This document shows positions 34,303-48,324 of a DNA stretch of 64,000 nt, piece by piece. The notes below the pieces were generated by a model that saw nothing but the letters and a program-made list of their open reading frames with translations, had not been told where the DNA came from and did no database searches. Position numbers and translations under genes: made by a program. The stretch is from Azolla caroliniana. Lineage: Eukaryota > Plantae > Polypodiophyta. Position 1 is the stretch's first letter, and every line of letters starts with the position of its first letter. Location of the stretch: NCBI GenBank assembly GCA_043228905.1, contig JBHGNT010000017.1:13454001-13518000 (forward strand). Direction: 5' to 3'.

Positions 34303-37300
34303 AAGCAAGGATCCTGGGTGCAACCTTTATTTTCATCCTTTTTTGCGCCTCCTGCAAGCTGAAAAGAAGAAGCAAAGAACAGGATTCCAACATGTCAATA
34401 CATATTATTAACATATAACATTTATGAATATTAAGAGAAGCATATACCTGCAACACTTATCACAAAAGAACTTATCCTCAGCATTCAGTGTTTCAGTGGA
34501 ACTGAAATTGCGCAAACAGCTTGTGATTGAGCTATTCTGCTCTATATCCAAGCTAAGATCTAAAAATGTCTCATCTCTCGCAGTGATTGTCTCGCAGCAT
34601 AGACATCGTGTTTCATTCGTCAAAATACCCTGAAAAGAAGTTCAGCTTATGATTGTCCTCAAGGGTAGGGATGCTATCAGAATAGCATATTATATATATA
34701 CATACCTGGAACAGTTTGTGCACCCAGCTTCTTATAGGATGATTCTGGTCGGCACTACCTAGCCCATTTATTGTCCCATTGATTGCCTTCTCTTGTGCTG
34801 TGTTTCCTGGAGCCACTGCATCTCCATTTGCATTTGTCTTCGCTTCTTTCTCAAGTATATCAACTAGTTCATTCAGCAGATAATTCAGGAATTCATGCGC
34901 ATCCTACAACAACATTTACAACAAATACATAAAATATTAACGACAAATACACAAAATGTACAGGCTTCAATAGTGCTTGAATAGCATAGCATACCATGTA
35001 TTTAGGAAAATATTCAATTACCTGGTGCATATAGCTTCGAAAAAGCTCATTTTGTTTTTTAACACGTTGTACGAATCGTTTTGGGGCAATAACTCCGGTC
35101 TTCTTCTTTTGATAATTGATCTGCCAAATCCACCTCCATGAATCAAACAAAACAGACACAATTGATGCACCACCTATGTTGAGCCATAGCTTCACAGAGC
35201 TACAACCCAGCTCAAAGTGGTCCATCAGTCAAACTTTAAACGATACTATGGTATTATGTATGTAGCCATACGATATTTATTCTTTTCATTCCCGTGCTTC
35301 AAAACTAGAAATAATTTTATTGAATTGAGAGCAAGCCAAATCTGCACTGCACAAGAAGTTCCATCTCAAAATGTGTTGACTTATCAACAAATACATGTGT
35401 AGAATGGAACACAATTTACATCATCTCTCATTATATCAATGATTGCGTAGCCAGACAGCCTCATAAGAATGTTCCATAATTAACATGCAGACAATCTATA
35501 AAGCAACTGCAGTGTTGTCCAATTTCCTTTACCCTCTGCAAAAATTATATATGATTACGATGCAAATTGCAATACTCCGTATGGAATTCAAGAAAAGTTA
35601 CAATCTGTGCCAGACAATGTGTAGACATCCTATAATTTAACTGCATTAAACTATAGTCTATCAAGCATTTTTCAAGCAGCTCAATAAAGCATTGCTTGAT
35701 ATCTTATTGTTTCTTAATAGCTCAGGAAAAGCAATAAAACCACCATCAAATTTGTAATCATCAACACAGTACAAATAATCGAATGTAGGTAGGAACCAAC
35801 TACTAACCTGTACAAAGAGCTCGGATAAGCATGTGAGCAGATTCTCATCACTCTCTCCAACTGTCTTAGTATGACCTCCATACTCCAGAACTCTGTCCCT
35901 AAAAGGCACACAGAAGTAAAGTGCCTGTGCAAAAGATATAAAATCAATTACTTATGAGAAATCATATAATTCAATTAAATAAATGCAATTATACATAATA
36001 AATCTACACATGAAGTGTTTAAAATTCAATAAAGGCCACCATAGTCTATGTAATGATATTGACGCATCGGCAAGTATTTGTTAGCTCCCGAAATAGAGTT
36101 TCCTCTGGACACCATTTATCACATACAATAGGTTCCTATCACACGTTGTACATATAAATGAATCATGTACACATTATACTTGTTAATGTCCTTGCGTTGA
36201 ACCTTGCTTGGAATCAACATGTTCCAAGTAATCATAGCATTGCTCTTCACTTTGAAGTGAAAGAAGCATTACAGGCAACAGTAAGTCAACAGTCTAAAAA
36301 GTCTCTCCCATAGGTTACACCGATACAAAGTAAATTTTAATCCTTAAAAATGGTCAGATTTGACTTTACCCATTTCAAAATCTCACTTCTGCTTTAGCGG
36401 TATTAATTTTCAGACTTCAAAAACCCTTAGTTGTTCAATATTCTCCTCTTTCCATCACCTTTGATGAGTTGAAGACAAAAAATCGTGGAAAAGCTTTCAT
36501 GTGTATGTTCATCAGATTGTAGAGTTGTTTTTATGTATCCATAGCACCAAGCCCCAGTTGGATAGTGTGGACCTCTCTCACTTGTAGAAATGACATTTCA
36601 AAATGTCGCATTTAAGAAAACATATTTTCAATGATACATTTTTAAGCTTCAAAACTATATCCTTCCTCAAAGTTTCTCATCCATGTACACCTTTTCTTCG
36701 CCTTTTCCGCATCTACAGGCGCCTGCACATTTCCCTAATCTTTGCTTATTTCTTAAGTACATTAGTACAATACTCAAAAATATCTTAATTGCTGGAGGGA
36801 GAAATTACATCTGAATTTACAAAAAAATTATGGAATGATCTAAATACAATGAGACTGTAAAATCATTGTCAAAATCCTCTACCTGCAAGCGCAGAATTTC
36901 AAATAATCATATGTAGTTGCACAAGGTACCACCTAGTATGGATTTGGATTGAATACCCATTGCCCATGTTTTGGCTTGGAACTTTCTTTTGTACCATAAT
37001 ATTCCATAAACTGATAGCAGGTAGTATTTTTCTCAATGATTTTCTCACATGCCTAAACATTATGCAACTTAAATCAAAATATCATTGCCTTGATCTTTTA
37101 CTTATTTCTAGTCACCAGTATCTAGAACTTGTTCACAGTTGGTGAAGGTGAAGGTGGTGATCACTGTGTGTTGTTTGTGAGGGTCATGGAAAGATTAGCA
37201 TGGACAGCATTGATCAGGCAGGGTCAAATGGTGGATTTCTTCATGGTTTGGGTGGCTTCCCTGGTCAGAATTAAGGGGTATGTTTGGGTCTAGGTGGTGA

Positions 37301-40300
37301 ATCATTGTTGGGCTTTTTGACCATAAATTTTCTATTGGTTCATGGGTTAAGTGGATAATTATGTATGGGGGTGAGGTTGGTGATGATGGAGTATTGTGTT
37401 GTCTCATAGGCTGTGTGAATCCCTATTCAAAGGCCTTGACATTGATAGTTATGTAACCATAATGGTAAACAGCTTTCTTGCCTTAGGCAAGTATGATCTA
37501 TGACGTACAGTGTTTTCTATGGTCTATTTGCATCCTGACCAAGTCATCATTAAGGTAGATAATGGGAGATCAAATTCCTATAGTATGACTCATGGAGGAC
37601 AGCAATTCTTTTTTGTGAAGGGGATTGCTCTTACTTGTGACATCTGAGCTTTGTACAAAGTGTCCTTTCTTGGATGCAGAATCTGGTGACTCAAAGATGC
37701 CTGTGACTTGCACATTGTATGCACAATCATCCACTTCATCCATGAACTAATAGAAACTTATGGTCAAAATGTTCAACAAGGACCCTTAACAGTTAGACAC
37801 AACCATAAACTTTGATGTTGTCACTCCCAAATCTCTACATATTCCATATCTCAACCATCAACAGTTTTCCTTACCACACAATGTCAAGATGCCACATTCC
37901 TAGTAACATTCCCAAAATTATTCGTAGAAAAAGAAATGTAAACAGATATATCAAGGACTTTGTAAAAATGTAGGTCTTGGGGAGAGTATACAAAAATATC
38001 CCGCAAGAAAATGGGAACCTTCATGCAACAAAAGTCACACTTATGAGAAATCTTCATCTCACAAAAGGTTTAGAAGCATCCAGTGCCTTCAACATTGACA
38101 ACCATCTGACTACAAGGTGAACACCTCATATATGCATTAAGCACACTTACCTTATTTTCGCAGACATGTTCAATAGGACCTTCCCAACATGTGGACCATG
38201 CAAACAATTGCATGTCACCATCAGGCGCCCTCCAACCAAGGAAATATTGATTATCATGATTAACCACACATTCACCAAATTTTATGGAGCAGTGCTTTTA
38301 GCGGAACTCACCAATTACACTATGACTCCAGGCAAAAGAAAAAGTTTAATGTACCACCAACCACATACTTATGTTGGTTTGAGCCAAGGAATATTCATAA
38401 AAGAAAGTATGGATTCTTTGTAGATTTCCGCAATCTAGAAAAGGGAAAGTATCCTACAAAGACTCCCTTCTCTTAAAACTCCCTCAAGTGTGAACAAGAA
38501 TGTCCATTCTCCCCTGCGCTCTTTGGAATCTAAATCGACAATGTAACCATTTACATCGTACATGAAGGCAACAAGGGAACCATATTTTTCTTTACACTGA
38601 TGACATTGTCTTGATTTTTGAATCTAGTGCAGGTCTAAATATCATCTCAATGCCCTGGATGGTTTTTGCAAACAGAAAGCGCTATTGATAAATTGATGAG
38701 AGACTAAACCATAATCCTCAACAAACCAGCATTGAATTGACAACAAACTGTCATCACCTTATCAGGAGGGCAAGTTGAACTAGTAGATTTCTATGTTTAT
38801 CTAGGAGTCACATTTACAAGCAAAACTAGGCGCTTCTCTATTATCCAAACGCCATGGATTGAGTCTCTCGGGTCTATGAAGCTCTGGCTATTCTAGAACA
38901 GTAATGCCACTAGGCATCTCATGTACAATGAGAAATACAGGCTGATGATATGTCACGAGGCCTACGTCCCACATGACTTCATTGGAGCTGAACTGGCCAC
39001 ATCCGAGTTCATTCCAATGTTGAATCTCATAAACCAGATCCAAACCATGCCATGTCAAACAATTACACACATGAGGCTTGAACCATTGAAGAAAATGATA
39101 ACAAACCCAAGAGACGAACTACATGTAAGGAATCTGGATGTGTCCAAGGAAATCATAATGAAACACAAAGAAGGATTACAGTAACTCACAATGGATCAAG
39201 TGGTTCAACAACAATGGCCTCAATATCGAGAACTTGCCACCCTTCCAACAACATACACCTCTCTAAAGTGGTGAATGAAACAAAGTATTGCAGCAAGACA
39301 TATGACCATTCTATACCCAAAAGTCTTGGATCACATTAAGAAAGCTTCTTCCCACAGAGATAATTTCATGAACTTCTCAATAAAGGATATAGCAGCATGG
39401 ACCCCGATTGTGCCTTGTGTGGAAAATTAGTAATATCACCTCCAGTACAGACGAGTGATCATCCCTCCAACAAGCAAGCGATTCTATGTGCAAAGATGCA
39501 AAAACAAGACAGTGGGAGAATATTAGGATCAATCCCTGAAGCGGATATAACCATTTTGCTGCATTGTTACAGAGGTAGAATAGTTGGGACAATCACTTTG
39601 CATAAAAATATTTTGAAATCAATTTTTGTGTCATGAAGTCGTCTAGATCATAGAATAAGTAAGGTATTCCATGTGACATTGATAATGGGAACCACAAATA
39701 CACCTGATAGAGTCAATCCTGATGCACAAATACTCATACTTATTTCAGCAGAACTATTTGAAATACAAGTTGACAAATGCAAGGAAATGTTTATGTGAAC
39801 TGTGGACATGTCATTTTTCCCAAAAAACATCAATTTTTATTACTTTTAGATAATGATAGATAGAAATGATGTCAGTGACAAGTGTTAACCAAACTAATTG
39901 GCACAAACCAGCTTTCCAACTGTGCAAGAAAAGATAAGAGTTCAGCAAAAAGAACAGATAACCAACTAGAGGTCAAATACACAAACCTGAAAGGTTTTCA
40001 AAATTATGTGAAGGAGAAGTTGAGAGTGGGGCACATTTTGTGTGCAGGTGCCTAGCTAACGACCACATCCAAAATAAGTATGCCAACTTTAATGTGAACT
40101 TCACCACTAACAAGATGCCAAGGAGTCAACATAGACAGAGCAGAGGAATGCTAGCAACAGAGACCAAGAATACTGGGACACAAGGTACATGTACTATACC
40201 ATCACCAAATCATGGAGATCGTTGCTGACTATGTCCAATCCACCCGAGGACACCCAGATTCACTTGTTTCTCTCACCACTACTCAGCCATACATATTCCT

Positions 40301-40373
40301 TTCTTAATGCATGTAAACCATCTCCAAAATTATTCCAGCGCATGCATTCAGAAAACTATCATAGAACTTTAGG

Positions 40374-40416
<43 letters not shown>

Positions 40417-40816
40417 ATGTGATTCAAAATGATCAGAAGTGAGACCTCAATAAAAACAGAAAAATCAAGATCTTCCGATTAGTCTGCTTATTTTTCTTCT
40501 TCTTCTTCTTCCTCCTCCTCCTCCTCAGTAAATGTCTCACATTCAGATCTTCTTATTCTAAGCATCAGAAACTAAGATTTAAACACAGATCAAAAACACG
40601 ATCGTCAAGGGTTTGATACAGAAAAAACAAAAACAAAGACAAAGTCACAGAGAGAGAGAGAGAGGGAGGGAGGGAGATGGAAGGGAAGAACAAGGGAACC
40701 TGCAGAACGCTGTTGCAGTAGCAAGTGTTCCCGAAATTCTCGAGTCCAAAATAGTGCTCTCCTTCTGGGAACTGATCGCCGAGTGCCTTTTCGAGCTTGG
40801 ATCCGGATATCCCCAT
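34303..40816 (-). CDS. UBP3/UBP4: Ubiquitin-specific protease UBP3/UBP4-like (USP12/46 family), 3' end lost in gap. Exons 40816-40700, 35924-35808, 35120-35022, 34903-34706, 34629-34448, 34358-<34303
   Basis: [39 protein letters not shown] (Cys box), HQ|[26 protein letters not shown]. All introns are GT-AG and the frame is kept. Confidence 0.93.
38200..39230 (+). mobile_element. Degenerate RTE-X-like LINE remnant in UBP intron 1
   Basis: [27 protein letters not shown] and [10 protein letters not shown] align with [27 protein letters not shown] and VPHDIIRAEF of the LINE at 51-56 kb. Confidence 0.7.
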
Positions 40817-40849
40817 GGCTCCTTCTCTTCCTCAGCCGGCCTGCCACCC

Positions 40850-41041
40850 GGTCTTCTGTCTTTCTTTCTTCCTTCCTTCTTCCTTCCTTCTTCCTTCTGT
40901 CTTTCTTTCTTGATTGCTTCTTCTTCTTCTTCTTCTTCTTCTTCTTCCTTTCTGTCTGCTTTCGTCGTCGTCGTCGTCTTCTTCTTCTTCTTCTTCTTCT
41001 TCTTCTTCTTCTTCCTTTCTGTCTGCTTTCGTCGTCGTCTT

Positions 41042-41072
<31 letters not shown>

Positions 41073-41105
41073 ATTATTTCTGTCTTCTTCTTTCTTCCTT
41101 TCTGT

Positions 41106-41136
<31 letters not shown>

Positions 41137-41170
41137 ATCCTTTCTGTCTTCTTCTTCCTTCTTCCTTCTA
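40850..41170. repeat. Compound (CTT)n/(CGT)n microsatellite upstream of the UBP start (GAA-rich leader)
   Basis: Blocks of TTC repeats separated by repeated CTTTCTGTCT spacers. Confidence 0.95.
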
Positions 41171-43055
41171 TACATACTACTTTGTGGTAATGAGAGTGAT
41201 GGTTATGGTGATGGCGACAGAAGGATCATGAGTCATGAGGATGCAAGCATAGAAAGGCATATGATGGTCATGGGTCATGGGTCATGGGTCATGGGTTTGG
41301 GTCTGTCTAAATGCCCTCATAAATCAACATAAATCCACTTTAAACATCGTAAACCCAAATGCACCGGTCCGCGAAACCACTCAAGCTATGTTTATGGCTC
41401 ATCCGAAGATGATGGCAAGATGTGGCCACAATTCTTGTAACAATCAACATTTGAGTCCCTTGATCTAAAGGTCAAGGCATCACAATGCAAGCATCGAATC
41501 ATCTCTATCGCACATATTGGCAACCGCCTCCTAGCTTGACTTGCGCCTCTTTGCATTTTTCCAATGTGTGCCTTGCAAGTGTTTGGGGAGCTGCCAATAA
41601 GATCTTGTGAAATGTTGATTGATGTTCCCCGAACCTATAACTCACAAGGTCTAATGGACTAGCCTTGGACTTATGATATGCTTCCTTACGCATGCTCATC
41701 CGTGCCACATGTTGTGCGCAACCAACATAAAAAAGGTCATCTTTGCAACAACTTATAACGTTTGGAGCCACCGGTAAATAGTACGCATCTGGTCTACTTC
41801 CCGGTACATGACCCGTATGAGGTCCATATATTGAAAGGGTCATTGTCCCATGGTCAACCCCGCCATTCATTTGAGTGTTCACATGAAAAGTACACCCACA
41901 TCGAGATGAATGCTTTCTACGTCGAGTGCACGAATATTGCTTGTTGGCCACGCCGGATTGGTGACAATTATACCTAGTCACATGTGCACCCCTTATGGCC
42001 CCAGTATGGAAGCGTGTGTGACACCTCAATTGAACATCTATGAGCATATCATCAACCTTATGGGCCTCTATCTTGATCACTTCTATGGGTCTAGACTTTT
42101 TATATTTCACGACACTTGTCCCCTCCGTGTCAGATGGAGTTAACCTCGACACAACTTGACAACCACATCGGTCAACCACTTCTTTCACATACGCATTAGG
42201 GATCCCATGGTCACAAAAGGTCATTGGACCAAAGTCTCTTTAACTCTGTCAAAGTACCCGTCAAAGAACATTGCAATGCGCCACAATGTGACGCCAATAC
42301 TATCTCCCTCCATTTCTCAACGTGCGTAACTTGAAGATGAGGCGATGCCTTAAGGTGTATTGCATTCTCATTTCTAAGCATGAGAGGACTCTTCATGCAC
42401 CTCCATGCATGTAAATTAAGAGGTGCAACCCTTGCGATTGTGCTTAATGTTTCAAACGTTACCTTAACTTGACCCGATAAATCTTTAAGCATTAAATCGT
42501 ACGTTTTTTAATAGGTTGGGCGACCTAGATTATGATCACAAGTTGTTTTAAAAAATGGTTGGGTGACCTGGTTTATGACAGAGAATGATTTTTAATAGGT
42601 TTGGGTGACCTTCTTTATTACCATCGATGTTTTTTACGAGGGTTGGGTGACCTGCTTATAATGTTTTCCATATTTTAACAGGTTGGGCGACCTGGATTAT
42701 GAGAGAATGATTTTTAAGAGGTTTGGGTGACCTGGGTTATGAGAGAATTATTTTTAAGAGGTTTGGGCAACCTGGTTTATTACCATTGATGTTTTTTACA
42801 AGGGTTGGGCGATCGATATCTTTGAAAACAACTTTTTCGAATCAACTAATACAATTCAGAGAAAATAATAAGATCAACTTTTTCGAATCAGCTTTGAAAA
42901 CATCTGACTCAACTCAGCTGACACAAATTAGAGAAACTTGAGATTGGTTTAAAACAACAAATCAATTGGAGATCACAACTTGAGATTGGTTTAAAACAAC
43001 AAATCAACTTTAGATCACAACTTGAGATAAACACTTGTTGTAAACAACTTTTCCA

Positions 43056-43531
43056 TTAATAAGTACTCGTGAGATTGTCCATGAATCTTCTGAGTGATCT
43101 CTGACGCTCGTAGCTATTAAAGCATGCCCCCGAAGTACCCTCCTCCTCCTCTATACGCATCCCTCGTGGTAAGACTATGTCTATTCCATGTTCCCTACGT
43201 AAATGTGATTCCATGTCACTTTTTTTGTGATACCACCTTGGAAAGAGGCGACAATACTCAATATAGATACACGCACGGGCCTTGTTCCCATTTGCATCTC
43301 TTCCAACCTTATACAACAAGTTTGGGCTAGGAGCATCTGTTCCTTCTGTATGTATTACATATTTAAGATTGACATAAATATTGGCATAAAGATTGACATA
43401 TTACGACGACACCAAATCCACATACCATTTGGAGGACCATCTTGGTCGAATGTTGCCATGACATGTATCGGCTCGATCTGAGGCGGATGAACCACTAGTG
43501 TCTGATCCATTCTCTCCCCACCCTTAGACAT
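43056..43531 (-). CDS. Candidate two-exon 131-aa protein with atypical C2H2-like finger (exons 43531-43426, 43345-43056)
   Basis: An 80-bp GTATGT..TACAG intron joins MSKGGERMDQ...GPPN in phase to EGTDAPS...CIYIEYC...KKSDMESHLRREH. Confidence 0.4.
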
Positions 43532-44669
43532 GTTGGTTGTCGATCTTCTCCAATGTCTTCTAACAAAGACCCTTTAACAAATCACGAGTCAACATACATG
43601 CATCACACCTTATTACCAGTATTAGGGGAGATTGGTTCGTGATATGCCTCTCTTGAGTTGGATATATGTCATTGTTATTGGAATCCCACCAATCTTTGTA
43701 CTTGGACTTGGAAGCCATCTACCACCATTCAAGTAATCAAACATTTTCCGAATTTAATACTCAAACACACACAATATTAAGATTAAGCAAGCAATCATAC
43801 ATACAGTGAAAAAATTTTAATCTCTAAATATAAATGCAATAATATCCCAAACATTAAGATGCAACGAGTTTGAAGAAAGACGGATATAAGATGCCAAAAT
43901 GGCCTATAAGACGAACAACAAGTTACACTAAAAATTTCGTCTCATATTTCAGAACAACAAACCAAAAAATAAACGTAACTAAGTAAATAAGTAAATAAGT
44001 TGGTCCATGATGGAGAGGTCGTTGAAGTGAGGGTAACTTATTTTAAGAGACCTCTCAAAATTCTGTCACCATGCAACATAACAATGTTTACATCCATCTT
44101 ACCATCACTTCTAAAGCTTTTATTCCTTCAGAGCATTGCAAGAAACATCTTAAACTTTTGCACACATGAACTAGCCTTCTTTGATGTAAGAGGTCACCCT
44201 CATCAGTGAACATAATGTACTACAAAAGAGGGATCATATCTCTATAAAGGCTTCCTTAATATAGTAGACATTGTTATTTATTTATTTTAAACTATCCTCC
44301 ATTAGTATTAAAATTAAAGTGGCCAAAGGGAAGATACAAGATAATCCAACATTACAATGAATATTGTGTAGCCATGTTAATTGACCGTAGCCAATCTTTC
44401 TAGATAAAGATAAATCTTTTTTTTTTCTAGCCAATCTTATTCATATTCGGCATCCAAGAATAATGTTTCATCCAAACAACCCCTTTCTTTCAATCTCAAC
44501 ATGCATCTCACGTCCCTTCAGAATCTCCTTGCATTTTTAGTGTCTTTGCACTTGCAATACATGATCTGTTATTTTCTTTTCAACTTTTGCACCAGAATTC
44601 GAAAGAACCCTACTGCATGTAAGAGTTCATCATATCCAGATGAACCTACCATATGAAAATACTGGTTCT

Positions 44670-45960
44670 CTACTACAATCCAATCTCCTCAAACCCTCAT
44701 GAAAATTTACTTCTGCCTCTGCCACCATCTTCGCTCATCGTTGTATAAACTAATAAATAAATAAATGTGCTTCAAAATATTTCCACATCAGCCATCTCGC
44801 CATTTTCCATGAAATTCCTGTATAGACAACAAAGAAAACGAATTAGTTGTCCTCATCTACTCATGACATTTTGCTTCAACCCTCGACAACATCCTCACTC
44901 ATCCTTTCAAAAATAAATCAGCTTCCTTTTCCACAACATCCATCTTGCAAGTCATCGCATGAGTCTAGTATCTCTCTATTTTCAGCAATTTCCTGTACAT
45001 ACACAAAACATAATTAATCCACTCTCCTCAAACCCTCATAAAACCTTGCTTCTACCTCTGCCACCATCTTCACTCATCGTTCTGAAAACTCAACTCTCTA
45101 CAACATCCTCACTCATCCTTTCAAAATTAAATCAATTTCCTTTTCTACTACAAACATCTTGTCATTCATCGCCGAGTCATGTACCTGCAAAAACCATAAT
45201 GAATCCACTCTCTTGAAACCCTCATGAAACCTTGCTTCTACCTCCGCCACCATCTTGACTCATCATTTCAAAATTAAATCAACTTCATTTTCCACTACAA
45301 CTATCTTGCCATTCATCGCCCAAGTCTTGTACCTACAAAAACCAGAATGAATCCACTCTCCTCAAAACCTCATGAAACCTTGCTTCTGCCTCCGCCACCA
45401 TCTTCACTCATCCTTTCAAAATTAAATCAGCTTTATTTTTCACTACAACCATCTTGCCATTCATCGCCCGAGTCTTGTACCTACAAAAAAACCAGAATGA
45501 ATCCACTCTCCTCAAACCCTCATGAAACCTTGCTTCTGCCTCCACCACCATCTTCACTCATCATTCTAAAAATTGAAAATAAATAAGTTTGCTTCAAAAA
45601 AACTTCCACATCAACCATCTCGCCATTTTCCATCAAAATCCTCTCCATTTTCAACACTTTCTTGTATATACACACTCCTCAGACCATCATGAAAATTTGT
45701 ATCTGCCTCCATCCCCATCTTCATTCATCGTTCTAAAAGTTAAAATAACTAAATCTGCTTCAAAAACATTCCCATAGCAACCCTCTCGCCATTTTCACCA
45801 AATTCCTGTATAGACAACAAACAAAATGGATGAACTGTCCTCACCCCCTCATGAAATCCTGCTTCAACCCTCAACAACATCCTCACTCATCCTTGTAGCA
45901 TATATCATATTCATTTTCCACATCCACTATCTTACCATTCATCGCTCGAGTCCCGAATCC
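44670..45960. repeat. Degenerate ~150-bp tandem array
   Basis: AATCCACTCTC...CTCATGAAACCTTGCTTCT recurs at about 45017, 45202, 45351 and 45501, with flanking variant blocks. Confidence 0.85.
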
Positions 45961-46028
45961 AACAACCTACTTCCACGAACGGAGTAAGTCACCTATGCCT
46001 CCACCACCTCCATCTTGAGTCATGTTGT

Positions 46029-47100
46029 CTACACTATGAATGGTGCTGGTGGGGGAAACAACCAACAAGGTGGAACGTAATTCCACCTAACATCATCACC
46101 TACATCCAACATAATAGGAATAGATGCCCAAACTCTACGAATTCTTCTTCTTTTCCGGTTAGCTTTATTTCCATAACCCTTATAACTATCATACTCACCT
46201 TTTACTATATGTATCAATAATTCCCAAAAGGTCTTAACCTGATCCACAACATGAATTTGTTCATCATTGTATAGTTTGGAACACCTCGCTTTCCACAAAA
46301 CCCATAGGGCCAAAGAGGAAACAATTTGCCAAACATAACACCGCGAGAAGAACTTGATTCCCGGTATGGAGATTGAAATAGAATACACTTGAAAACTTTT
46401 TACATGTAAAGTCAATGAAGGAATTATGATAATGATAAAAAGCCTTTTGTTGACCCAACGTTCCCCAAAATACTACACCCCACGTGAAAATGGCTGACCT
46501 ATACTTACGACCTAATAACCTAAGAATTCGAAACCAAAAACTTTTGGCCGCAACACATTCCCAAAAAACATGATGTAATGTCTCAACTGCAAACCCACAC
46601 ATAACACATTATCTATCAGGCATTGTTCCCCTCAATAAACCTCATACTAGTAAGGATAATGAATCATCAACCATCGAAAATGTAATACCTTATTCATACA
46701 CTTAAGTGACCAAAATTGTTTCCAAAACTTCAACATATGCGAGGATGACACATTACCTTCCTCCCAATATTTTTTCCCTACAGGTGCCGATTACATCTGC
46801 TTCAAAAGAAAATTCCTTCCAAACGCCACATAAAATGTGAAGAATGGGAGGACCTTCGTTTGCGAAGTGTTGGATCTCGACAACTTCCAACCATAATCAG
46901 ACGGATCCCAATGCAAATCAACAATTGGCCTAGATTGTAAAACCCAAATATGAGATGAATATTTAGCAATTAAGGGATTAGAATCTATGAAGATCTTTTT
47001 ATCTAATCGAACAATTACTCACACTGGTAACTGATTTGCAGAAGACATAATTGGAGCCTCCTCCTCCACTAAAAACAACCTACCATTATCTAGAACTTCA
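46029..47100 (-). mobile_element. L1-type LINE 3' fragment
   Basis: zf-RVT-like CVMCGFAVETLHHVFWEC and LALWVLWKARC. The upstream boundary is approximate. Confidence 0.72.
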
Positions 47101-48324
47101 TAAAAATAAAGTAGACATTGTTACCCAATGATCTACATTATCATGCATGTATCTACTTTAGTAGGGAGCCTGAAAGCTACATTAAGCCATTGCTCATCAT
47201 TCATAGCCATATTTCCAACATTATTTATTGGCTGCTCATGTCCTCCAAGTGCATGCAATGGCTATCCAACATCGTATTATAACATTTTCACAGGCTCATC
47301 ATGACTTTTAGCTGGTTGTGTACATTGTGATCTCCATGGCTATCGGGCTATTCTGAAATCTAGCTTTTTGTTATGTTTCTTATGGCATCAATCAAAATCT
47401 GGGCTTTTTTTAATGCCATAACATATCTAACACATAGATTGCAAGTTGCCAGTGACACAATCCCTCAACTATCATTTCCATATGTAAAGAAAATCAGAAA
47501 AAGTGATGTAATAGGGTTTAGTACATACCTGGGAATAGCAGGGGAAGAGATTGATTGCTGCGTATGTCGAACCCTAAACTTGGAAGATACTTTTCTTTCC
47601 CGGCAAAAAGAACCTGTCAATCTCGTTTGAAAAAATGAGAGATAATGACAGGTTTCAGGGTTTTATAGTCGTCGGTTGGTCGACCTGCTTCAATGATTAA
47701 GTTGGTTGGGCGACCAACTTAATATAAACTTACCTGCGGTTGGGCAACCTGCTTAAACCGGTCACCCAACCGTTTTAAAATATAACTCAGTTGGGCGACC
47801 TTTGAACAACTTTTTTTTTCGCGTCCTCTTTCTTATCAAAATCTAACGATGCAAATCGTACGTGCCTTCCTCTGAGCGACCTGCACCATCTGTGGCCACG
47901 ATTCCCTCGCCAACCCTCTTTATGATTTGTGTCATAATAGACACGTTGGGGTCTAGGTCATGTCATGGTCATGGTGAGGGCGATGGGCGAGGCAATGCCA
48001 TGTTGATGCTGAGGGACAAACCATGAGACATTCCATCCCATCGTCAACCATAACCCATCTGCCACATATGATGATATGTACGCTTGTTTGTAAGCATGAT
48101 CGACCAACACATATATCATCCAACCACCCACCAACATACATCTAAAATACCTGGCTTTGGTGTGGTGTAGTCTATAGGGGTTGTCTTACCCAGACATGAT
48201 CCCCAGATCTTGGACCTCTCGGACTTTATCTGAACTCAACTCTCTTTGATCACGAGATGGATGAAGTCCACTCACTTGCTCAGGTTTTCAAGAGGCCCGA
48301 AAACATGTTGCAACCCCCCCATTG

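Larger units (their letters stand above)
41304..47945 (-). mobile_element. Mutator-like element, copy 2 (internally deleted, with about 5 kb of extra sequence)
   Basis: 41315-42500 is the reverse complement of parts of 23283-26660 with the DDE core deleted (junction about 41630); terminus at 47945 matches 27777; near-TSD GTTTGGGTC/GTTGGGGTC; the host GGTCAT repeat continues on both sides. Confidence 0.78.

Noticed and set aside
40613-41231. Poly-S/F/L ORFs
   Set aside because: Translations of the (CTT)n tract, antisense to the UBP leader.
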